Positions 53,047-62,507 of a stretch of DNA of 62,507 nt are shown one piece after another. The translations under genes and the position numbers were made by a program. The number at the start of each line of letters is the position of its first letter. Within the stretch, counting starts at the first letter, position 1. The notes under the pieces were generated by a model. It saw only the letters and a program-made list of their open reading frames with translations. It ran no database searches and was not told the origin of the DNA. The DNA is from a virus (Duplodnaviria > Caudoviricetes): positions 1-62,507 of IMG/VR virus record IMGVR_UViG_3300036800_000162, one strand, 5' to 3'.

Positions 53047-53243
53047 TGGCGGACGTGCTGGTGCGTGTGGTGTCGTCCTGGTTCGTCGCCGGCCTGATCG
53101 TGCGCGAAGACCGCTGCATCCACGCCGCACCGATCCTGCGCCACTTCATCGGCCTCGACGCTGCGGCTATCCGCCGGATCGTCGCCAAGGATGGTTGGCG
53201 CGCCAGCATCGTGCTGCCGCAGCAAGCGGAGATAAGGCGATGA
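53046..53243 (+). CDS. Hypothetical protein
   Basis: FVAGL..AAPILR..GW. Confidence 0.55.
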   Translation: MADVLVRVVSSWFVAGLIVREDRCIHAAPILRHFIGLDAAAIRRIVAKDGWRASIVLPQQAEIRR

Positions 53244-53539
53244 CGAAGGCCAACAGCAAATTGGGCGCCAACACCAAACGCCTGTATCTGGCGGCGCAAA
53301 CGGCGTTCGTAATTACACATCCTGTGTGGCGCGATGATCCTCTGGCGGCGAGCAGGATCGTTGCCACCTACCTAAAAGCTGTCCACCGCACCCGAGGACC
53401 GCGCGCGGTCCTGTTCCATCTCTCCGCCATTGCGCGCCTCTACCGAGAGGGCGGCATCTCGCTAGATACGAAAGTGCGAGAGATCGCCGCGGTGACCGCT
53501 CGGGCAAGAAATTCCATGGCACAAGCCAGGGCACGTTAG
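53240..53539 (+). CDS. Stand-alone tyrosine-recombinase N-terminal (core-binding)-like protein
   Basis: ANTKRLY..VATYL..LSAIARLYREGG resembles Cre/Xer-type N-domains. Confidence 0.4.
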   Translation: MTKANSKLGANTKRLYLAAQTAFVITHPVWRDDPLAASRIVATYLKAVHRTRGPRAVLFHLSAIARLYREGGISLDTKVREIAAVTARARNSMAQARAR

Positions 53540-53758
53540 CCGAAAACCGTATAAACACCAAGACTTTCAGGCACTTGCGGCGCTCCTCGCATCTTTGTGG
53601 TGAACATAAGCCAAGCGGCATGATGCGGCAACCAGCGGCTTACCCCCTTGCAATCGCTCGGCTCCCTCGGTAGAACGGTTGCCGTGATGGCAACTGGCGG
53701 CAACCGGCGGCGAGCGAAATGGGGCACCGCCCGGGGCACTGGTTACCAGCACGGCAAC
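53516..53758. mobile_element. Candidate attP region
   Basis: Paired GGCAC repeats 12 bp apart on both sides (53516/53528 and 53721/53733); several GGCAAC; mostly non-coding, upstream of the integrase. Confidence 0.45.
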
Positions 53759-53775
53759 ACCACGGGAGACATCCG

Positions 53776-54090
53776 ATGCCGTTCGACGCTCACCCCACGC
53801 ACCCAGACCCCACGCCACAAGATCTCGCCGACCTGCTGCGTGACCACGCGCGCTGGCCGGCCGGGTTCCGGTGGAACTACAGCACCCGCAAAACCTGCGC
53901 CATCGAGCTTTGCCGCTTGGTATGGGGCGAGGTTGCGTTCGCCCGCTTCCTTGCTTCAATTCCCAACGCGTTTGCATGTGTTGGGTGGCGCCTTGACATT
54001 CCCCTCAAGGAAGTCACCCCGGAAGATGTCGCGGACTACATTGAGGCATCCGTGGCAACCGCAACCCGCGCTGCGAGGCGCAGGCCGTGA
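53776..54090 (+). CDS. Hypothetical protein
   Basis: GGGAG RBS; GTGA coupling to the integrase. Confidence 0.55.
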   Translation: MPFDAHPTHPDPTPQDLADLLRDHARWPAGFRWNYSTRKTCAIELCRLVWGEVAFARFLASIPNAFACVGWRLDIPLKEVTPEDVADYIEASVATATRAARRRP

Positions 54091-55421
54091 CAGACGCGCG
54101 GAAGTCAAAGGGCCTCACGACCGCGGCGATCCGCGACGCGAAGCCGGCGGACAGGCCATACAAGCTCGCCGACGCCCGCTCGCTCTATCTCTACATCACG
54201 CCAGCGGGCAACAAGGTCTGGCGGTTCCGCTACATCTACCAAGGCCGCGAGCGCACGCTGGTGTTCGGCCCATGGCCGGACATCAGCCTGGCGCAAGCGC
54301 GCGAGGCGCTGACTGCGGCCAAGGCGCTGCTGCGCCAGGGCCGCGATCCGATCATTGAGAAGCGGCTGGCCGCACCGATCGCTGATGGCGGCGCGGCAAG
54401 CGGCGAGACGTTCCGCTTCTGGGCGCAGGATTGGCAGCGCGTCAAGGCGCCGCACTGGACGGCGCGCTACGCCAAGGTGGTCGGCCAGCAGATGGTCAAC
54501 TACGTTTACAAGGACTTAGGCGATCTTCCTATCGCGCGGATCAAGGCAAAAACCATCCTGCCGGTCATCCGCGCGATCGAGCCTGGGGCGCCATGGACTG
54601 CGCTGGCGGTGCGCCAGCACATCTCGTGCGTGTTCCAACATGCCGCAGCGCCGATGGAGTTGGAATACGACCCGGCGGCGCTGCTGGCGGCAAGTTGTGT
54701 GCAGCCGGTGGCGCAGCCCCACCCGGCGGCAGAGACGCTGCCCGACGCCCGCGGCGTGCTGGCGGCGGTCGAGGCGGTCACCACCGTGCATCCCGTGACG
54801 CTGCTGGCGCACCGCCTGCTGGTGCTGACGATGCTGCGCACGGCGGAGCTACGCGGCGCGCGCTGGGCGGAGTTCTCTGGCCTCGGCGGCGACGCGCCGC
54901 TCTGGACCATCCCGGCGGCGCGCATGAAGGGCAAGAAACACCACAAGCGCGTGCATGTCGTGCCGCTGTCACCGCAAGCGGTCGAGGTGCTGACGGTGGC
55001 GCGCACGCTGCACCGCGACCAGACATGGGTCTTCCCCGGCCCCAAGCAGCGGCAGGACGCGCACGGCCAGGCGGCGCAGCCGATCAGTGAGGTGGCGTTC
55101 AGCACCCTGCTGCGCGTCGCCGCGCTGCCGGTGCCGCATGTGCCGCACGGCTGGCGGGCCAGCTTCTCGACGGTGATGAACGACCGGTATCCCGAAGATC
55201 GCGCGGTGATCGATGCCATGCTGGCGCATAAGGGCGGCGGCAACACCGCTGGCGTCAGCGCGGTCGAGGGCCGCTACAACCGCGCGCAGCATCACGACCG
55301 GCGGCGCATGCTCGCCTGCGCGTGGGCCGATCTGATCTTGGCGGACGCGGCGGATGCCTGGTCGCTGGCCGGCCTGACGCCGCCCGCCGCCACGATCGTA
55401 CCGCTGGTCAACGCGGCGTAG
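54087..55421 (+). CDS. int: P4-type tyrosine integrase
   Basis: Arm domain YKLAD..LYL..G.K.WRFRY..G.WP.ISLAQAR; catalytic LRTAELR, MK, HGWR, LAH, RYN. Confidence 0.93.
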   Translation: MTDARKSKGLTTAAIRDAKPADRPYKLADARSLYLYITPAGNKVWRFRYIYQGRERTLVFGPWPDISLAQAREALTAAKALLRQGRDPIIEKRLAAPIADGGAASGETFRFWAQDWQRVKAPHWTARYAKVVGQQMVNYVYKDLGDLPIARIKAKTILPVIRAIEPGAPWTALAVRQHISCVFQHAAAPMELEYDPAALLAASCVQPVAQPHPAAETLPDARGVLAAVEAVTTVHPVTLLAHRLLVLTMLRTAELRGARWAEFSGLGGDAPLWTIPAARMKGKKHHKRVHVVPLSPQAVEVLTVARTLHRDQTWVFPGPKQRQDAHGQAAQPISEVAFSTLLRVAALPVPHVPHGWRASFSTVMNDRYPEDRAVIDAMLAHKGGGNTAGVSAVEGRYNRAQHHDRRRMLACAWADLILADAADAWSLAGLTPPAATIVPLVNAA

Positions 55422-55430
55422 GGGGGGGCC

Positions 55431-55706
55431 ATGTGGCTGCCAAACGATATCATCGCGGCTGTCGATCGTCTCGCCCGCATCACCTACATCAATGTAGGCG
55501 ACACCAAGTTGTGGAACGCACAGCGCGCCGAGGGCGAGTTGCGGCTGCTGACGGGATGGGCGTGGACCGCACGCAACGGCAGCGCGCACCGCCAGGGCTT
55601 CAAGACGCGAACGGTGGCGTATCGCGACGCGTATTATGAACTGATCCGCCGGTCGGTGGCGCCACCGGTTGCTGGCGCGCGCCGCAGGCTGGGGGTGGTC
55701 GCATGA
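55431..55706 (+). CDS. Hypothetical protein
   Basis: Operon context. Confidence 0.5.
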   Translation: MWLPNDIIAAVDRLARITYINVGDTKLWNAQRAEGELRLLTGWAWTARNGSAHRQGFKTRTVAYRDAYYELIRRSVAPPVAGARRRLGVVA

Positions 55707-56215
55707 GCGCCAAGCCGCGCGCGGGCGCCGGCAACAGCAAGCGAGGAGTCACCCCGGCGCAGCTTGCGGCCAACGGCCACATTGCCGCGCGGTTGCGCGA
55801 GCGGATGAAGGCCCTCGGAATGACTGCTGGTGATCTTAATGTCCGACTTGGGAGGTCGCCCGGCCACACTACAGCGTACGGATGGATCGGGGGAAGCAAC
55901 GCGCCAGTCCCCGCTACCCGCGAGAAGATCAGCCAAATACTCGGCATCCCGATCGCCGATCTGACGCCCCGCAGCGGCAAGGGCAAAACGGCGGTTGCCG
56001 TGGCGCGACCACCGCCGGCCCCGTCACCTCCGGCCCCACCGCGCCAGGCGCTGGCCGAGGTGCTGGCGTTCACCGTCGCCGCGGACGGCTCCGCGCGGCT
56101 GCGGCTGGACATCACCATGGCTGGCGGCACGGCGCTGGCGCTGCTGCACAAACTGATGGAACTCGACCTGATACCGAAACCGGAGACACCGCATGACCAC
56201 CGACCCGACGCGTGA
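55703..56215 (+). CDS. XRE-HTH protein
   Basis: RLRERMKALGMTAGDL..YGWIGG..P..KISQILGI. Confidence 0.65.
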   Translation: MSAKPRAGAGNSKRGVTPAQLAANGHIAARLRERMKALGMTAGDLNVRLGRSPGHTTAYGWIGGSNAPVPATREKISQILGIPIADLTPRSGKGKTAVAVARPPPAPSPPAPPRQALAEVLAFTVAADGSARLRLDITMAGGTALALLHKLMELDLIPKPETPHDHRPDA

Positions 56216-56756
56216 GCCGCCAACCCCGTCGCTGGATGCGTGGTGGGAGAGCAATTTACGCCTTGCCGAAATGGCCCTGGCGGGTGGAGAAGCGATGTAT
56301 CTCCGCATCCTGATGCTCGACTATGCCGGCACGACGACTGAGATCCTGCCGGTATTGACGCAGGACGACAGGCATGGGCGCGACCGGCTGCGCGCCGTCG
56401 TCACGCTGGCCGCCATTGCTGCGGACACGCAAGCGCTCTGTTCAATCGGCGTCGGCGGCAGGGATCAACCATCAGATCGCGAGCGGCCCGCCGATGCGCC
56501 GCTGTTGATTATCGAACAGACCGAACGCGGATCGGCCGGCACGCATCACCGGGTGTGCGTGCGCCCGATCTTCCGCGACAGCGCGAACCGGGTCCTCGGC
56601 CTCGGCGCCGAGGTTAACGATCCAGCGTATCGGTCCCTGCTGCGCGGGATGCTGGCGGACGATCGGCCTTCGCAAGACGCCCGCGATCAAGCCGCGCAGG
56701 TGCTTCACATCCTCACGGGCGCGGCTCCGGTTGTGCCGCCACGGACGCTGCACTGA
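56193..56756 (+). CDS. Hypothetical protein
   Basis: GGAG RBS; last rightward gene of the operon. Confidence 0.5.
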   Translation: MTTDPTREPPTPSLDAWWESNLRLAEMALAGGEAMYLRILMLDYAGTTTEILPVLTQDDRHGRDRLRAVVTLAAIAADTQALCSIGVGGRDQPSDRERPADAPLLIIEQTERGSAGTHHRVCVRPIFRDSANRVLGLGAEVNDPAYRSLLRGMLADDRPSQDARDQAAQVLHILTGAAPVVPPRTLH

Positions 56757-56963
56757 TCAGGCTGCGGCCCCGCCCTGCACCGCAGCCTGAAGCGCGGCGC
56801 TCGCGGTGGCCTCGGCGGCGTCGATCTGGGCCTGTTGCGCTGCCGTGGGCGCGCCGCCACTGTTGAACAGCGCCACCTCCGCCTGCGCGGCCGAGATGAT
56901 CTCCGGGACGACGGTGATGCCGGCTTCCAGAAGCTGAAGCACGATCGGCACGAGTGTGAGCAT
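56757..56963 (-). CDS. Small hydrophobic protein (lysis cluster)
   Basis: AGGAG RBS. Confidence 0.6.
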   Translation of the reverse strand: MLTLVPIVLQLLEAGITVVPEIISAAQAEVALFNSGGAPTAAQQAQIDAAEATASAALQAAVQGGAAA

Positions 56964-56972
56964 GGTGATCTC

Positions 56973-57326
56973 CTAACTGCTGGGCGCCGCTGGGGCGGCT
57001 GGGAACGCCGCCTGAAGCGCCGCCAGCGCAGCGGTTAAGGTGGTGAGGTCGGGGTTGCCGCCGGCCGCCAGCACCGCCTCGGCGGCCTTGTAGGCGTTGT
57101 GCGCGGCGAGCGCGTCGGCCTTGATGGTGGTGACCGTACTCACCTGGCTGCACGTCACCCCGTCTACGCCGCCGCTCGGCGGGCATTGCGGCTTGGTGAC
57201 ATAGACCAGCGCCAACTGCTCCGCCGTGGTCAGCGCCGTGCCGGCCGCCGCGACACTTACCGCAGGCGACGTGCTGGCGCAGCCGGCGAGCGCCAGCAAC
57301 AGCGGGCCAAAGGGCGGGACTCGCAT
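56973..57326 (-). CDS. Lipoprotein (lysis cluster)
   Basis: MRVPPFGPLLLALAGC lipobox; TGATG coupling. Confidence 0.7.
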   Translation of the reverse strand: MRVPPFGPLLLALAGCASTSPAVSVAAAGTALTTAEQLALVYVTKPQCPPSGGVDGVTCSQVSTVTTIKADALAAHNAYKAAEAVLAAGGNPDLTTLTAALAALQAAFPAAPAAPSS

Positions 57327-57670
57327 CAGGCGGCCCCGCCGCTGGGCACGGTCGGATCGGCCGCCGCCATCTTGCCGAGCGCCGCCTCGATCGCAGTGAC
57401 CACCGACAAGCCATCGGCAACGGGCATGCCGTGCGCCGTCAGCACGCTGCTGACGAAAGACTCGGCCGTCGCGAACAGCGCCTGAAGCGCCGGGTTGGCG
57501 GCCTCCCACTTGGACACGCTGGTCTCGATCGCCAGGAGCTTGTGATAGACCAGCCCGGCGCCGTGCTCGACGGCGGTGAAGAAATTATCCAGGTTCCACA
57601 TGGTGGGCGCCGGCCCTGGATCTGTCGCAGTCCCGGCGGCCGGCGGCGATGGGTTGGCGTTGTCACTCAT
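57326..57670 (-). CDS. Hypothetical protein (lysis cluster)
   Basis: ATGA coupling. Confidence 0.55.
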   Translation of the reverse strand: MSDNANPSPPAAGTATDPGPAPTMWNLDNFFTAVEHGAGLVYHKLLAIETSVSKWEAANPALQALFATAESFVSSVLTAHGMPVADGLSVVTAIEAALGKMAAADPTVPSGGAA

Positions 57671-57948
57671 GGCAGAGGTCTCCGGTCAGTGGTGTGATAG
57701 AGGTCGGATCGGTTCTCGGCGCACGCGCGCAGCCGCACCGCGTTGATCAGTGCGCTCGCGTAGGCTTGGTTTCCCCATCGCGCAATAGCCGCGACGGTGC
57801 GCGGGGCGGGGGGTGGCTGCGGCGGCATGACGGGCGACTGACAGTGCCGCGGCAGGGCGGGTATGGCGAATGCCGGCGGCGCTGGCGGCGGCGCACCGTT
57901 GCCGCAGGCGGCGAACAGCGCCACCAAGATCAGCGCCAGGCACCTCAT
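57667..57948 (-). CDS. Pro-rich lipoprotein, o-spanin-like
   Basis: LVALFAAC lipobox; Pro-rich; additional Cys. Confidence 0.6.
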   Translation of the reverse strand: MRCLALILVALFAACGNGAPPPAPPAFAIPALPRHCQSPVMPPQPPPAPRTVAAIARWGNQAYASALINAVRLRACAENRSDLYHTTDRRPLP

Positions 57949-58397
57949 CGGCGCACGCCGAGCGACTGGTGTGACGCCTGGTCGATCGCATCGAGGCGCG
58001 AGCGCATGCCGATCACATCGCGTTCGATCTCCAAGAGGCGGGCATCCTGTTGCTGAAGCCGGTTATCAATGGAGATCTGCCAGCGTTCCAGCGCATCGAG
58101 ATGCGCCTTCTGATCCGGCAGCGGTGCCGTGCGGGTGTTCAGGTCAGCAAGACCGGCCTGGCAGGTCGCGCGGGCGTCGGCGATGTTGGCCTGCAACTGC
58201 GTATAGACATCGGTCATCCGGTTGTTCGTTTCATGCTGCGCGGCGCTCTGCTGCGTGACGCTGCCGATCACCCAATAGGCCGCCGAGCCGACCGCCAGCA
58301 GGGCCGCCAGCGCCAAGGTCAGGATCTGCCACACCGTTTGGCGATCCGCGCCGTTGCGCCGCCACGGACGCTCGCGGTCGCCATTAGCCTCGCCCAT
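57945..58397 (-). CDS. Single-TM coiled-coil protein (holin or i-spanin-like)
   Basis: One TM followed by a long coiled coil; upstream of the Pro-rich lipoprotein. Confidence 0.55.
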   Translation of the reverse strand: MGEANGDRERPWRRNGADRQTVWQILTLALAALLAVGSAAYWVIGSVTQQSAAQHETNNRMTDVYTQLQANIADARATCQAGLADLNTRTAPLPDQKAHLDALERWQISIDNRLQQQDARLLEIERDVIGMRSRLDAIDQASHQSLGVRR

Positions 58398-58479
58398 TGA
58401 TAGCCCTGCCGGCAGCCGCTACCACTTGGTGCCCACGCATCACGCTGACCGGCAGGGACCGGAGAGGGAGCGCTTGAGG

Positions 58480-59007
58480 ATGGATGCTATCAACATGACG
58501 CCACCCCGCGAGCAGCCAGGAGAGGAACAGCCAGACTACAAGCCGCCACGCGAGACCGTCGCGTTGATCGCCGAGTTTCTGTCGCTCACGTTCCACCTTG
58601 ATGCTACGCCGCACCAGGAACTTGCCGCCGCGCGGCAACGGAAAATCGAAGTTCTGCGCACGCTCATGTGCGCGCCAAGCAGCGCCACCGCTGAGTCGCT
58701 GCATCGCGAGGTGGCGGACCTGGACGCCGCCGAGAGGCGATTGAAGGCCGATGCGCAGGCTATGCGCGCCGATCTGATCCGCACCAACCAGCTTGCCTTG
58801 CGCCTTGCCATGGAACTGCCGATCGCTCTCTGGCGCGCCGTCGCTCACGGCGCGGCCAGCCCGAACGTCGAAGGCCGGTATGCCGCGGTGGACGCCGTGC
58901 GTGACGCCTTGGGCAGCTTCGGGCAGATCACGGGGGCGGAGTACTTCTGGGCGGCGCCTGGGGTTGGGGTTGCGCAGGCTGGCCCGCCGCCGCCCCATTC
59001 ACCTTGA
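58480..59007 (+). CDS. Hypothetical protein (opposite strand)
   Basis: GGGAG/GAGG RBS; coiled coil. Confidence 0.45.
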   Translation: MDAINMTPPREQPGEEQPDYKPPRETVALIAEFLSLTFHLDATPHQELAAARQRKIEVLRTLMCAPSSATAESLHREVADLDAAERRLKADAQAMRADLIRTNQLALRLAMELPIALWRAVAHGAASPNVEGRYAAVDAVRDALGSFGQITGAEYFWAAPGVGVAQAGPPPPHSP

Positions 59008-59290
59008 CGGTGCCGCGCGCGATCTCGCGGCCGAGCTTGCGACGCTGCTGACGACTGAGGTTCTGGCCGCCATCCGCCGCCGCACCTTCCACGGTTGGGT
59101 CGAGCGGTGCGGCCACCGGCTGCTGCGCCTGGCCGTTCGGCGCCACACCGCGCGCCAGGCGCTCGCGTTCCTGCGCCGCGATCTCGCCGAACCACACCTT
59201 GCGCAGCATGATCAACTCGGACAGCGACCCCTGGTTGTTCAGGTAGTTGCTGGTGGCCTGGATCAGATCGTCGGTCAGCGTGTAGGGCAC
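58928..59290 (-). CDS. Hypothetical protein after the tail fibre
   Basis: GTG start 14 nt after the fibre stop. Confidence 0.5.
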   Translation of the reverse strand: MPYTLTDDLIQATSNYLNNQGSLSELIMLRKVWFGEIAAQERERLARGVAPNGQAQQPVAAPLDPTVEGAAADGGQNLSRQQRRKLGREIARGTVKVNGAAAGQPAQPQPQAPPRSTPPP

Positions 59291-59303
59291 TGTGTATTTC
59301 CCA

Positions 59304-61319
59304 TCAGAAGCAGGGGATGTAGCGGACGACGCCGCCGTTGTCGGTGAGCGTCAACCATTTCTGCACCGTCGTGTTCGCCCCAGCCGGGCCGAGCGCCGTC
59401 AGGGTAACCGTCGTGGTGCCGTTAGCGGTCCACTGGCCGGCCCCGGAGATGGTCAGCGCCGACGCGCCGTTGCCGATATTGGCGACGGTCAACAGGCCCG
59501 TGGTGCCGCCGGTCAGCGTCACTGACCCCGAGGTCGAACCCTCCAACACGAGCGTCGCGCCGTACGTCGATGCCGTCCCCAGCGTGAGCAACCCGCTGGG
59601 CATTACCAGCGCCACGCTTCCCGCCGTGCTGATGCTGGTGCCGGTGATCGCGCCAATGCCGTTGGCGCCGATGAACAGCGTATTACTGGCGTTGGCAGGG
59701 TCGTACTTCGTAGATCCGGCGTTGATCCAAATATTCGACCCGCCTGTGGTAAGGCCCGTCTGCCCGGTCTCGAAACCGATGAGGATAGAGCCAGTGCCGG
59801 TTGTCAGCGCCCCGCCGACCGCGTAACCAAAGCCGCAGTTGTCGGTGCCGCTGGTGATCCCAACGAAAACGGAGACTCCGAAAGCGGAGTTGAACGCCGC
59901 CGTCGAGTTCGCGGCGCCTTTCAAGACCGAGCTACCAAAGCCAGTATTACCAGCGCCGCTGGTCAGGTTCTGGCCCGCGTTGTTACCGACCATCGTCATC
60001 GCGACGGTGGCATTCTGTGCAGCAGAGTTGCCGATCGCGATGACGCCGCTGGCACTGATGTTCTTTTGCAGGACCGTGCGGCCGATGCCGATGCAGTCGT
60101 TTGCCGTCGTCATCACATTGCCGCTGTTCTGGCCTGCGACAAAGTTTCCAATGCCAGTCGTCAGTGCCCAGAGGTTGGTCGCGCCAAAGCTGATGTTGTT
60201 GGCCGCGGTCGTCATCTGCAAACCGAGCATATTCTGGTAGCCGATTGCGACGTTCTCGGTGTAGCTCGAACTGCACACGCCGATCGTGACGATTTCGGTG
60301 GCGGCACCGGACGAACTGCCGGTGATGACGTATGTCATGTTCGCAGGGATGGCCGCGCCGAGGCCGATCGCGCTGGTTTCAATTGTGACGGTCGGGATTT
60401 GATTGCTAAGCACTTCGGCGGTGAACCAGGCCGCCAGCGTGGCGTTGGCGTTGATCGCAACGGCGAGCGCCGCAGCCTGCGTCTGAAGCGTCGTGCCGCC
60501 GGTCGCGGCCGGCGTACTGACCGTGATCGGCGAGCCGGTGAGTTGCGTGGATGTGAACGTCGCCGAAATCACATCACCGGTGGTGATCGTGCCCGAAAGC
60601 TGAATGCTCTGATTATTCCCAAGCAACGCCTGGTAGCCGATCGCGACGCAGCCATATCCCATATAGTTCCGGTTGGCGTTCTGGCCGACGCCAACCGATT
60701 GCAGGATACCGGACGTGTTGCGAAAACAGTCGTTGCCTGTGCCGGTCCATTGATAGCCGTTGGACTCCTGTGATCCGACCGACTGTCCGATCGCCGTGAT
60801 CCCGAAGCCCTGCACACCAACGGTCGATGTGAGCCAGGAGCACACGTTGTTGCCGACAAAGACGTTCTCCGTGCCGATCGTGGTCCACGCGGTCGTCGGT
60901 CCCCACCCGGCGCCCATACCGCCCGCGTTGGCGCCGAGCGCGATCGGGCTGCCAAGATTGCTGGCGGTAAAAACCGAAAGGATCGGCGTGGCGCCGTCGT
61001 TGAACGTCGCGGTCGTGCCGATGCTGCTGTTCGAGGTGACGGCGCCGGTCAGCGCGCCTCCCGTCAGCAGCAGGTTCAGCGATGCGGCGCCAGTCAGCGT
61101 ACCGGTGATGCCGCCACTGAAAGTCTGCGCCGCCGTCCAGGTGTTGGCGTTGCCAAGCGCGAGACCGATGGTTCCGCTGCTGGTGATCGGCCCGCCGCTC
61201 AATGTCGCGTCGGTGCCGACGCTGGTGACCGTGCCGCTGCCGCTGCCGCCGCTGCCGATCAGCGGATTGCCGGCGATCCCCGTGCCGCCATTGCCGATGA
61301 TGCTGCCGAGATAGGCCAT
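59304..61319 (-). CDS. Tail fibre with YadA/Hep-Hag-like beta-roll repeats
   Basis: Repeated N(V/T)xxGxxA..TTG units; GTVTSVG..LSGGPITSSGTI; C-terminal YIPCF. Confidence 0.8.
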   Translation of the reverse strand: MAYLGSIIGNGGTGIAGNPLIGSGGSGSGTVTSVGTDATLSGGPITSSGTIGLALGNANTWTAAQTFSGGITGTLTGAASLNLLLTGGALTGAVTSNSSIGTTATFNDGATPILSVFTASNLGSPIALGANAGGMGAGWGPTTAWTTIGTENVFVGNNVCSWLTSTVGVQGFGITAIGQSVGSQESNGYQWTGTGNDCFRNTSGILQSVGVGQNANRNYMGYGCVAIGYQALLGNNQSIQLSGTITTGDVISATFTSTQLTGSPITVSTPAATGGTTLQTQAAALAVAINANATLAAWFTAEVLSNQIPTVTIETSAIGLGAAIPANMTYVITGSSSGAATEIVTIGVCSSSYTENVAIGYQNMLGLQMTTAANNISFGATNLWALTTGIGNFVAGQNSGNVMTTANDCIGIGRTVLQKNISASGVIAIGNSAAQNATVAMTMVGNNAGQNLTSGAGNTGFGSSVLKGAANSTAAFNSAFGVSVFVGITSGTDNCGFGYAVGGALTTGTGSILIGFETGQTGLTTGGSNIWINAGSTKYDPANASNTLFIGANGIGAITGTSISTAGSVALVMPSGLLTLGTASTYGATLVLEGSTSGSVTLTGGTTGLLTVANIGNGASALTISGAGQWTANGTTTVTLTALGPAGANTTVQKWLTLTDNGGVVRYIPCF

Positions 61320-61320
61320 C

Positions 61321-61683
61321 TCACGCGCCGAAATTTGCGAGTTGGCAGAACTGGAATGTCAGCGTGCCGCTGCTATAGATCGTGATGTTCGCGCGGATCG
61401 CGCGCACCACGGCGCCAAGCGTGTTCACCGCCGACGCGGTCAGCGCACTCATGTTGGTCACCGGCAGCCACAGACCGTTGGCCGCCACGTAGTTCTGCAC
61501 CAGCGCGTCATCGCCGCTGACCTCGATGTTGTAAGTCAGTGATGCGCCACTCGACAGTTGCACCAGGATGCCCGGCTCCAGGTAACCGCCCGAGAAGAAC
61601 CCCGCCTGCGCGGGCGGCAGCACCTGGATCGGCGCGCCCGCGCCCAGCGCGCTGAGCTTCTGCGTCGTCGTTATGATCGACAT
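61321..61683 (-). CDS. Small beta-rich virion protein
   Basis: AAGGAG RBS; TYNIEVS..RAIRANIT..GTLT. Confidence 0.65.
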   Translation of the reverse strand: MSIITTTQKLSALGAGAPIQVLPPAQAGFFSGGYLEPGILVQLSSGASLTYNIEVSGDDALVQNYVAANGLWLPVTNMSALTASAVNTLGAVVRAIRANITIYSSGTLTFQFCQLANFGA

Positions 61684-61693
61684 GCGCGCTCCT

Positions 61694-62338
61694 TCATGGC
61701 ATCCACTTGCAGGCGAACGCCTGGCTGGTGGTGGCGCCCCAAATCGCGATTGCGTCGGTCGGGCAGGACGTGCCGTTGATGGAATAGCTGCCGCCGCTGG
61801 CGGTGAGGGGGATGCCGGCCGTCGCCGATGGGATGCCGACGCCGGTTGGATCGGTGCGGCGCGGGCGGATCATCACGTAGGGCGGGGCGAGATAGCCGCT
61901 GCCGCCAGCCGTCACGGTGATCGAATTGATCTGAAGGCCGCCGAGTGTGCTGGTGCCCATCACGGCGATGCCGCGGGCGGCATTGAACGGGGCCGGCCAG
62001 CCCGGCATGGTGGCACCGAATGTGGTGGGATCGTTGCTGGCGCCGCCGCCAAGGAACTCGATGTCAGGCGCCGCCTTGAAGCCGAAGCCGGCATCCGGCA
62101 CGCTGACGCTCGACACCGTGCCGCCGGTCAGCGTGGCGACGCCCGGCAGCACGCCGAATTGCACCACCAGCACGCCCGTGGAATTGTTGACGATCACCAG
62201 ATGCGAGCAGCTTTTGCGCTGCGGCAGCAATAGTTGCGCGGTGCCTCCGGCGGCGATCGTTCCGGACGCGTCGAAATAGAAATCCTGCTGGGTTTGGTCG
62301 CGCGAGCCGACGAGTTGCAAAACACACCTCGGCGGCAC
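61694..62338 (-). CDS. Virion protein with GxG(Y/F) repeats
   Basis: DASGTIAAGGTAQLLL; GGSGYLAPP; WGATTSQAF; start uncertain. Confidence 0.65.
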   Translation of the reverse strand: MPPRCVLQLVGSRDQTQQDFYFDASGTIAAGGTAQLLLPQRKSCSHLVIVNNSTGVLVVQFGVLPGVATLTGGTVSSVSVPDAGFGFKAAPDIEFLGGGASNDPTTFGATMPGWPAPFNAARGIAVMGTSTLGGLQINSITVTAGGSGYLAPPYVMIRPRRTDPTGVGIPSATAGIPLTASGGSYSINGTSCPTDAIAIWGATTSQAFACKWMP

Positions 62339-62340
62339 CT

Positions 62341-62377
62341 TATGGAGCGCCGATGCCGGTTTCTACGGTGTGTTTAT
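62341..62377 (-). promoter_or_regulatory. Repeated upstream motif (candidate late promoter), copy 2
   Basis: Similar to 3491..3526; in an AT-rich intergenic gap. Confidence 0.4.
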
Positions 62378-62507
62378 TAGGTAGTTACTGTATAGCGTGT
62401 ATAATTACTTGATGTGTATGCACTAGCAGTGCGTGATGATACCGTTGGTGACTTCTTCGGTGGCCGGGTTGACGGTGCCCGCGGCGCACGACACGCCCAC
62501 CGCCGCC
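62377..62507. repeat. Terminal direct repeat (right copy)
   Basis: Matches 1-131. Confidence 0.95.

Overview
The window looks like one complete, circular ~62.4 kb GC-rich temperate tailed-phage genome: bases 1-131 repeat at 62377-62507 with one mismatch. It is podovirus-like (tail adaptor and nozzle, three ejection-type proteins, no tape measure). A GcrA-like gene points to an alphaproteobacterial host. The minus-strand virion operon runs from ~21.4 kb to 47 and continues across the join from 62338 to 56.7 kb. The portal is inverted on the + strand. Other modules are a terminase/accessory operon (TPR-glycosyltransferase, Acb2-like anti-CBASS sponge, HNH), an early cassette region with ArdC and repeated structured spacers, a lambda-like replication/immunity region, a recombination region with a two-frame C5 methyltransferase, and a P4-type integrase with a candidate attP. 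The most unusual locus is 29.4-30.7 kb. There a protein gene (resembles DUF7873 from memory) is followed by an ncRNA array: an atypical tRNA(UGU), a stem-closed loop with three CAGCUUCAG repeats, a circularly permuted tRNA mimic with YrlA/Y-RNA architecture (no Ro60 gene was recognised), and a second defective tRNA(UGU). A separate long-variable-arm tRNA carries a His anticodon on a Leu/Ser-like body. All family names come from motif recognition by eye; no database searches were run.
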